A DNA stretch of 6,812 nucleotides from Geosiphon pyriformis uo1 (Eukaryota; Fungi; Glomeromycota), in NCBI GenBank assembly GCA_016748015.1, contig JAAOMT010000292.1, positions 1-6,812 on the forward strand, read 5' to 3'. The position numbers and the translations under genes are program-made. Of the stretch, positions 1 to 6,812 are shown piece by piece; positions within the stretch are counted from its first letter, which is position 1; every line of letters starts with the position of its first letter. The notes beneath the pieces are model-generated. The model saw only the letters and a list, made by a program, of their open reading frames with translations. It ran no database searches and was not told where the DNA came from.

Positions 1-312
1 AAAAAAGCTATTCAGAAACAACTTCATAATGAATTCAAGACAACAGCTGAACCAATAAACAGTTGCTACAAACTTAGAACAGCTCTTAGGCTTTATAATC
101 TATTTCACACTTGTGAAAATATCCTATAAAACCCAATTTTTCAACCACTGAAGATTCAATACATTGGAAAACTCACAAAACTGAAATTTCAACAATTTTC
201 AGATCAAATTTCTTCAGTAATTTTGGATTACTATCTGGAACATACAGACAGTACTTGGACTTCGACAGAGCTCAGTTTTGAGAAAAAAGTTATGTTATCA
301 ACTGAAATTTGA
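1..312 (+). pseudogene. C-terminal part of an uncharacterised 3'-terminal ORF of the LTR element
   Basis: Frame 1 reads KKAIQKQLHNEFKTTAEPINSCYKLRTALRLYNLFHTCENIL*NPIFQPLKIQYIGKLTKLKFQQFSDQISSVILDYYLEHTDSTWTSTELSFEKKVMLSTEI*. There is one internal TAA at 127-129 (one transition from CAA). The frame runs through the PPT and stops at 310-312. No integrase GPY/F or chromodomain motif is visible. Confidence 0.55.
280..289 (+). other. Polypurine tract (plus-strand primer site), G>A eroded
   Basis: GAGAAAAAAG sits 3 nt before the TG that starts the LTR, which is the canonical PPT position. Confidence 0.65.
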
Positions 313-490
313 GATATTAATTAACATAAAATTACTCTTATAATTCCTATCATTAATTAGCATATATTATCATTTCAAATCATTACTTATTATTCAATCA
401 AATTATCAAATATCACCAATCAATTAATAATCCAATTTGTACTATAAAAATTAAGACGATCAAATTATACAATACCCTGAACCAGTTAAT

Positions 491-612
491 ATTCAAAAGT
501 TTGCCGAAATTTGTGTAAATTCGCCAAAATAATTAATAGTTCACCGAAATATTCAATAATTTGTAGAAATAACTTATAAGTTTGCCGAAATATATCTTTA
601 GTTTGTCGAAAT
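491..612 (+). repeat. Six-unit array with 20-21 bp period, core A(G/A)TT(C/T)GCCGAAAT and variable 7-8 nt spacers
   Basis: Units: attcaaa-agtttgccgaaat / ttgtgta-aattcgccaaaat / aattaat-agttcaccgaaat / attcaat-aatttgtagaaat / aacttata-agtttgccgaaat / atatcttt-agtttgtcgaaat. They end at 510, 530, 550, 570, 591 and 612. Confidence 0.9.
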
Positions 613-662
613 CATAGTAAAGAAAATAGTTCAAGTTCACAGACTAGTACTACAACAAGTTG

Positions 663-670
663 TATAAAAG
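663..670 (+). promoter_or_regulatory. Candidate LTR TATA box
   Basis: TATAAAAG lies 50 bp downstream of the motif array, in the orientation set by the PPT. Such motifs also occur by chance in AT-rich DNA. Confidence 0.45.
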
Positions 671-1256
671 AAGAGCTTCTCTCTTCAAGAAAATATATCC
701 TTATCTTTAGATATCTTAATTGGAATCAATTCAATACACAAAAACGAAATAAATATCAAATAATTCAAAAATCAACTTTTTAATTATTGCACCTGAAAAT
801 TCCCAAAACCCAACTAATGTTTTGAAATTGATTAGCTACCAATTTCAGTAAACTGTTAGTAACTCCAGGCCTGAATAGAAAATGTTTCCCTTAACAGAAT
901 TTTATTTCTTTTACATTTCTTTTATTTTTTTTTATTTTCTTACTATAATCATTAGGGTAGTCTACAGACGAGATTCCTGTAGAAGAGTTGACTTTCACAG
1001 CAAAGTAACTACACATTTTTGTGAGCTTCCAAACGAACAATTCCTAGGAAAGAATTGATATTTACTACAATGTAACTACATAAAATAACTGGCATGGAAT
1101 TGGCCATTCCATTTATAAGTCCAGCAGTTCAAATTATAGAAAATAATTTGAAGATAAATTCAGTTATTGGAGGTTAAATACTTCTTATAATCATGAATTA
1201 ACAGCACAACAACATTAACAGCATTAAAAAAAAAAGACCAAAAACTGCCGGTAACA

Positions 1257-2144
1257 CCACATAGTATCTAAATTGTGACCTGCAGCTGTGACAAAAAACC
1301 TATTCTTTATCATCAAAATTTTGGTGGAGAAGCAGTCTCTAAAGCAAGACCACCCAGAACTGTTCACATCCTTGATTTTAAACTTTCAACAATCTTTGTT
1401 AGCTTGTTTGCACAAACTATTCAATTGAACATCTAGGAGCCCTTTCAGACTGACCAATATTACCACAGTATTGTGATCTATATCAAAGAAATTAGAGACA
1501 GAATTGATCCAATGCTTCACAACAGCAGAAAAAAGACTCTTACTAACAAAAATATAATCAAGGGTCCTCTTAGCACTTCTTGAATTGTATCATGTAAGAG
1601 CCTTAACCAAACAATGGCCATTAAATAAATTAACCAGACTCAGACTTGAGCAAAACTTGAAACTCACACTTCTTTCAAACCTGCACTCATTAAAATCTCC
1701 ACCCAAGACCATGAAAGTGCTGGTGTTAAGAGCCTTAGCAATAATAGAGTTAACCTCAGACGTTTGCTCAAAATGGATGCCAGCAGAAGCACCAATGTAC
1801 AAACCAAAAACAGACACCAAGAGCTTGCCCTTAAACAGGAGTCACACCAAAATAATCTGACCAGGAACCACCTCAACCTTAGAAACATGACAAGCCAAAG
1901 AATTGTTCATGACAACAGCAATACCAGCACCAAGATACTTGATGTCCAAACCAGAAGTAAAAATCCGAACTCCATCATATTTATCCTTGATCTAAATCCC
2001 AGAGGAAGATCTCAACTTTGTCTCAATAATAAAAAAAACTGTATTTCCAGAACTTACATGTCAGCAAACAACATCTACCTGCTTCACAAAAATGTTAATC
2101 CCCCAAACATTGCATGTAGCAAATTTCCAGATCAAATCACTCAT
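1257..2144 (-). pseudogene. Non-LTR (LINE) retrotransposon ORF2, N-terminal apurinic-like endonuclease (APE/EEP) domain and linker; pseudogene
   Basis: One frame from ATG 2144: MSDLIWKFATCNVWGIN...FIIETKL...LGAGIAVVM...FGLY...VLGGDFNE (GDFN 1700-1689)...T*YNS...TLDYIFVS...FDIDHNTV (DH 1478-1473)...HNLDTMW. These match the APE motifs NVxG, ET, GVAI, GDFN, IDY and SDH. It covers 296 codons with stops at 2063, 1994, 1844, 1592 and 1388 and no frameshift. It includes track ORF 1590..1820. Confidence 0.93.
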
Positions 2145-3105
2145 TGGGACAAAGAATTGTTAGTTTTTGTAAAATATATTAAATAAATATTAACTAAAAA
2201 ATATAATTAATAAATTTTAAAAACAATAATATAAAACATAGAATTATATTAGTGTGTTATTTTTTGTTAATAATATAGACTATTTTTTTATTTTCAAATT
2301 TTTTTATTATTTTTTTTAAAAAATAATAACTAAGATATTTATAATTAATTTTATATTTTAAATTCTTATTAAATTAATTTATTAAAGTTGAATTATTTTT
2401 CTTATTATTTTTTTGTTATACAATACTATTTTTTTTGTTATTTATTAGCTTATTAATTTAATTATTACAATAGTATTAATTTAAAGTAAATATTGATTAA
2501 ATATATATTTTAAAATTTTAAGAAAATAAACATATTTTTAACCTTATTTATTTGGTAAAAAAGTTGTTTAACAATCTTTAATTAATAATTTAAATTTTTT
2601 TTAAAACAGCTAATATACTAATATTTAATATAAATAATTTTACTAATATAAAAACTTTATTTTTTTAATTAATAAAAAAATATGAACATTTATATTAAAA
2701 ATTAATAAAAAAATTTAATACTTTATTAATACTTGTATTAATTAAAAAAAAAGTAACAATTTTAACAAATTATAAATTGTAGTATAAATTTAACATAGTA
2801 TTGTGTTATTTATGTTTTTATTACTCTTTAATCTATCTGAATTTACATAATAAATTTTTTTTATAATCAAATTATCTAAATAATCAACATTTAAAGTATT
2901 ATTAATGTTGTTTATTTTGCTGTTTACTTTATTTTTTTATAATTTATATAAATTTTAACTTATAATACTTAAAGTATTTATAATCAAAAAACTAGCAGAT
3001 AAGTTATAAGAATGATAAAAATATTATTTGTACTTTTGTAAATAAATATAAATAAAAATTGATTTTTTTTAATATTTAAATATATCTTTATACTAATTTT
3101 CTCTT

Positions 3106-3147
3106 TGTTCAAAATGCCAACAAAAAAATTAATATTAGCAGAAATAT
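3106..3147 (+). pseudogene. gag CCHC zinc-knuckle relic
   Basis: tgt tca aaa tgc caa caa aaa aat taa tat tag cag aaa tat = C-S-K-C-Q-Q-K-(G)-(H?)-Y-(W)-Q-K-(C), which has CX2CX4HX4C spacing. The His codon needs one extra transversion. Confidence 0.55.
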
Positions 3148-3899
3148 ATGTAAAAAAAAAATAAAAAAAATAAAAAAAAATTTTTTTTAATATAATCTTT
3201 GGTTTTTATTATGATTAAATATTTTTAAGAACAAAAAATATATTATAGCTTTTATATTATATTCAAATAAATTAAAACAAATTTTTATTAAAAAAATAAT
3301 TTTTTAATATTTTATAAAAAAATTTATTAATTATATATTATTAATAAAAATAGTATTAATTAAATAATTAAAAAAACCAATTAATAATTAAATAAATTAT
3401 AAATAAACTTATTACAAAATTAATTTTATGATCACAATTAAAGCAAAGAGTAAAAAAATTTTTAATATTATTTTTTTATAATAACTAATAAAATTTCAAC
3501 AAAAAAAGTTTTTTTTGTTATTAAAACAGTTAAATAAAACATTTTAATAATAATTTTTTTAAATATTAATAATAAAAAGCTATTTTTGACAGCTTTTAAA
3601 GCATTTTTTTATTTTTGACTGGTTTTTTCAGTTAAAATTCTTTTCAAAAACACATTAAAATTAGTTTTAATATTGTTTTTATTTTTTTAAAAATTTTTAA
3701 TATAGATTAATTAATAAGTTAATCATTTTTGCTTTTATTATTTTTATTTTTGACTTATTATATTAAATTTTAATAAAAAATAATAAACTTAAACTACTTT
3801 ATATTAATAAAATTTTTAGATAAAAAACAATATTTACTAAATTATATTTAACAATAAAGAAAATATAGTCGAATTTTTATTTAATTTATTAAAACTAAC

Positions 3900-4800
3900 T
3901 TTATAAAAAACCAAAAAATTCTGATTGTTTTTATAAATATAAAATTTAAAGAAAAAAATTATTGTATATTAATTTATTAGTTAATTATTTTAAAAAAACA
4001 AAAACAATTTAAAGGGCTTTAATTTATTATTATTAATTTATTTTAAAAAAAAAATATTATTGAATATATTAAATTTATAATATTTGTCAAAAAAAAAATA
4101 CTTATAAAAAAAACATCTATTCTATTTTTATTGATTAATTATTTAATAGAATTAATATTAATATTGTTAGATCTTTAACAATAAGTTCTAATAATAATAA
4201 ATATATTATAATAATTGTTTTAATAAGAAATATTTTTTTAATATATTAATTAAAAACTTTATAAAAAATTAAAAGTATATTAAAAAAAAAATTTTTATAC
4301 TTTTAAACAAATAACTTAACAAAATATTTTAATAAAGCATTATATAAACCAAATAAAAAACAAATTTATAAGACAAAATATTGTTTTAATTTTGTTTGTT
4401 TATAAAATTATAAATTATAATATTTGGTTTATAAAAAATAACAATTTTATTAATAAAAATAAACATTAAAACAATATTTTTTAAACAAATTACAAAAAAC
4501 AATACAAAAATACTTTGGCAAAAAAAAATTTAATATTATTTTTAACTTATTAATAAAAACATAAATAATTGTTTATAAAAAAAATAAAAGTATCAAAAAA
4601 TTTTTTTTTTAAGTATTGATAATTTAGTTTTAAAATGCTATTTAAACAAAAATAATATTTATAAAAATAAGTTTTTTAATTAATAAACAACTATTTATAA
4701 TTAACAAAGTTTTGAATCATAATTTTATATCTTATAAAATTAATATAAAATAATCTTTAATTATTAATTTTTTTATTATATATAACTTAAAAAATATTAT
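3900..4800 (+). pseudogene. Ty3/gypsy integrase relic (HHCC, DDE core, GPF/Y)
   Basis: 3965-4039 YINLLVNYFKKTKTI*RALIYYY*F reverts to HxDPLAGHFGKTKTIQRALxRYYWP. 4076-4090 YNICQ gives CDICQ. 4142-4210 FNRININIVRSLTISSNNNKYII gives FDRIGIDIVGPLTISSxGNKYII. 4298-4348 YF*TNNLTKYFNKALYK gives HPQTNGLTERFNKALCE. 4369-4409 gives WDKxLPxVLFAYRT, 4424-4438 gives LVYGR, ~4615-4632 gives IGDLVL, and ~4684-4733 gives WxGPFIIxKVLGHGSYxL. The motifs are collinear, with small frameshifts and a deletion near 4220. Confidence 0.88.
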
Positions 4801-5213
4801 AAATAATCTAATTAGTTATTTATTATAATAATATTAATTATAAGTAATATAATATTTTTAAAAGAAAAATATTATTAATTAATATAAATAATTATTTTTT
4901 ATAATTTTTACAAGTATTAAACCAAAAATTATTTAAATACTATAATTAAAAATAATAAAATATACAAATAAAGTTTTAAATTAACTTAATAAAATTATTA
5001 AAAACATAAGATTCTTGAAAAATACAACTATAAAGATACAAATAATCTAACTTGATCATAATAAACTTTTAATATTAAAATATTAACATTCTTTATTAGA
5101 ATTAATTTATATTCAATATTATTATAATATTTAATAACATAATTTTTCTATTTCTTAATATGATTACAAAATGTTTTACTCTTTTATAGAATATATTAAA
5201 CAAATTAAAAATA

Positions 5214-5340
5214 CAGTTAGACTTCTATAAAAAAGTCTTTAATAAAAAAACAATCTCTTATAAAAAATATTTTTTTATAGAACTAATTAATTAATTAATA
5301 ATTTTCTCTTTATATAAAAACAATCTATAAAAGAGCAAAA
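5214..5340 (+). repeat. Candidate left TIR and subterminal direct repeats
   Basis: CAGTTAGACTTCTATAAAAAAG starts at 5214. ATAAAAA(AA)CAATCT recurs at 5242-5256 and 5314-5326, each followed by a (C/T)TATAAAA-like motif. The right TIR is not in the window. Confidence 0.55.
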
Positions 5341-6243
5341 ACATAATTTTATCAAACATTTATTCAAAATTTATCTTTATATAAGAATAAATACCATGTG
5401 CTAAATATTAATTATTAATTGAAAAAAGAGTTAAAATATATTAAATTGATTTTATTTTACCTTTTTTTTAAATTAATTACATTAGACTTATTCTTTTTGA
5501 TCTTGTTTGTTTTTATATACAACTACTTAGTCATTATTGTATTCAAATTTAAGCTTGCTAAAACCAAATCTAATATTATTATTATAGGCATATTTTTTAA
5601 CAGATTTGTTAAATTATTACAATTTTAAAACTTTTATTCAAAAACAAAAATGAGCAGCAGTTAATAATAATTTTCATAAAAAAATTTGTCAATATTTCAG
5701 AAATTACTATGGCATAAAACATAATAATATTGTTGCTTACTTTATTTATAAATATTCAGAATTTTATATTTTTTGTTTAATTGTCTTCAAAATAAATAAA
5801 GAATATACAAAGTAGTTGAATATTAAAATTAATGAAATTGATAAAGATCTATTTAATACAAAAATATTAATTTTTTATTATTAAACCAAGCTTTAAGTAT
5901 TGGATAGAACAAATAATTGCAGACACTAATGAATTCAATGATCAACTAATTAAAGAGAAAGAAAAAAATTGTTAAACTTTTTAGTATACATGAAAATAAA
6001 ATGCAATTCTTAAATAGATGGGTTTAAAAATTCAAAAAACAAAACCAATTATATGTTTACTGATTTTATGGTAAAGCAAAAAGTGTATTAACTGAAAGTT
6101 TACCAAAAGAATAAAAAAAATTAAAAACCATTATATCCGAATTTAATCTTATTGACATATATAATACTGATAAAACAGGATTATTTTTTCATATGAAACA
6201 TAATTAAAGACTTGCAAAATGTCGAAATACAGAAAAAAAATTA

Positions 6244-6306
6244 GTATATTATATTTACTAATTATTATATATTATTGTTATATTAATTTAATTGGGTTTT
6301 TTATAG
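6244..6306 (+). other. Spliceosomal intron (63 nt, phase 0) in the transposase
   Basis: GTATAT...TTTTTTATAG. Removing it joins EKKL to DKFQITIL, restoring the GxKxxKxRIT motif. Confidence 0.8.
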
Positions 6307-6744
6307 GATAAATTTCAGATTACAATTCTTTTTGCTACAAATTCAACTGAATCTTACAAATTGCAATCTTTAGTAATTTGACATGCAAAAAATTCAAGAT
6401 GCTTTAAAAGAATTAATACTACCAACCTACCTGTAATTTACAAATTCAATTCCAAAGCATGGATGCACTTAAATATATAAAAAACATGGCTTAAATAAAT
6501 AAAGGCTTTTGAATTCAAAATTAGCATATATTATTTTTGGTTAATAATACAACTTCTCTTCATACTTAAATTGAAAAGCTTCATTTCAATTAACCAATAT
6601 TATTTTGCACTATTTTTTTCTAAATACAGCATTATATTTTCAATTAATAGATGCTGGCATTATTAAATTTTTCAAAGACGAATATAAATGTTTATATTGT
6701 CAATATATTTTACATCAATTTGAACAAAAAATTAATATTGAACA

Positions 6745-6793
6745 GTTAAGTAATATAATATATAGTTTTATCTAATATTAATTTATTTTTTAG
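6745..6793 (+). other. Probable second intron (49 nt)
   Basis: GTTAAG...CTAAT...TTTTTTAG. Splicing gives in-frame INIEQNKLNIK. An alternative donor exists at 6750. Confidence 0.5.
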
Positions 6794-6812
6794 AAATAAA
6801 TTAAACATAAAA

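Larger units (their letters stand above)
1..1256 (+). mobile_element. 3' portion of an LTR retrotransposon (probably Ty3/gypsy-like); continues beyond the left edge
   Basis: The order is coding-like frame (1-312), purine tract (280-289), TTA spacer, then TGTTAT (293) ... GTAACA (1256). The LINE reading frame stops exactly at 1257/1256. No pol domain lies inside the window, so the superfamily is inferred. Confidence 0.75.
293..1256 (+). repeat. 3' long terminal repeat (~964 bp)
   Basis: The ends are TG...CA. The 5' end TGTTATCAAC differs from the reverse complement of the 3' end (TGTTACCGGC) only by three C>T/G>A changes, giving a 10-bp terminal inverted repeat. It has a PPT on the left and an interrupted LINE on the right. 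The partner LTR is outside the window. Confidence 0.75.
2158..5213 (+). mobile_element. Hypermutated, internally deleted Ty3/gypsy LTR retrotransposon relic (boundaries approximate)
   Basis: GC falls abruptly (24/60 G+C at 1801-1860 versus 3/60 at 2341-2400 and 1/60 at 3301-3360). The block starts TGTTAG at 2158, a possible LTR end. It contains CCHC and integrase motifs that are recoverable by reversing C>T/G>A. Confidence 0.7.
5214..6812 (+). mobile_element. pogo/Tigger-family (Tc1/mariner superfamily) DNA transposon, left part; runs off the right edge
   Basis: TA (5212-5213) is followed by CAGTTAGACTTCTATAA, a pogo-like TA|CAGT terminus. Subterminal direct repeats follow, and the transposase pseudogene starts ~420 bp inside. 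Confidence 0.75.
5636..6812 (+). pseudogene. CENP-B/Tigger-like transposase pseudogene (two HTH domains plus DDE_1 domain)
   Basis: N-terminal HTH: KKICQY...IKHNNIVAYF...VFKINKEYTK*L. Second HTH: LNQALS.WIEQ...LIKEK...FLNRWV*KFKKQN...YGKAKS. Core: IYNTDKTGLFF (D at 6169-6171), DKFQITILFATNSTESYKL, NSRCFK, NSKAWM (6448-6465), LFLVNN (the DN motif, 6543), QLIDAGIIK (the QPxDxGII motif, D at 6650-6652). It has many stops and frameshifts, and the start codon is not identifiable. Confidence 0.93.

Noticed and set aside
491-612. CRISPR array or plasmid iterons
   Set aside because: The 13-bp repeats and 7-8 nt spacers are far too short for CRISPR, no cas or rep gene is present, and the context is a eukaryotic LTR.
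900-945. T-rich tract as a terminator or microsatellite
   Set aside because: It is an irregular low-complexity run with no GC hairpin and no stable period.
1590-1820. Track ORF, - strand, 76 aa, as a standalone gene
   Set aside because: It is only the stop-to-stop fragment of the larger pseudogene 1257-2144 and starts at TTG.
1585-1860. Track ORF, + strand, 91 aa
   Set aside because: It is an antisense shadow of the LINE endonuclease frame and has no recognisable motif.
1664-1888. Track ORF, - strand, 74 aa
   Set aside because: It is an alternative frame overlapping the APE frame, which carries all the conserved motifs.
1764-2186. Track ORF, + strand, 140 aa
   Set aside because: It is antisense to the LINE pseudogene, crosses the element junction and has no domain signature.
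2540-2565. Primer-binding site at TTTGGTAAAAAAG (~2551)
   Set aside because: There is no clear preceding LTR-ending CA and the sequence is too eroded to match to a tRNA.
3190-3450. Possible protease-region motifs (ITFGQ-like near 3255-3272)
   Set aside because: The matches are too short and no D(S/T)G motif was recoverable, so the risk of over-reading reverted sequence is high.
2160-5213. Mitochondrial/NUMT DNA, AT-rich endosymbiont DNA or plain low-complexity sequence
   Set aside because: No organellar gene, tRNA or rRNA is recognisable, TAA stops are frequent in all frames examined, and collinear integrase motifs explain it better.
5419-5628. Track ORF, + strand, 69 aa, hydrophobic
   Set aside because: It has a TTG start, and its F/L/I/K/Y composition is what AT-rich DNA gives by chance. 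It lies in the transposon 5' non-coding region.

Overview
This is AT-rich, eukaryotic-type (probably fungal) repeat DNA with no intact gene: four dead transposable elements lie side by side. (1) 1-1256 (+) is the 3' end of an LTR retrotransposon, with a non-pol terminal reading frame, a polypurine tract and a ~964-bp 3' LTR holding a phased 6-copy motif array and a TATA box. (2) 1257-2144 (-) is the APE endonuclease part of a LINE ORF2, with 5 in-frame stops and no frameshift, cut by that LTR. (3) ~2158-5213 looks like A/T low-complexity DNA, but reversing C>T/G>A transitions reveals a 'ghost' Ty3/gypsy element: a gag CCHC knuckle plus integrase HHCC, DDE and GPF motifs in the correct order. 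This points to extreme RIP-like hypermutation. (4) 5214-6812 (+) is a pogo/Tigger-type DNA transposon with a left TIR and an intron-containing CENP-B/DDE transposase pseudogene. The element families remind me of Glomeromycota (Geosiphon-like) repeats, but that is recollection, not a database result. All translations and counts were done by hand.
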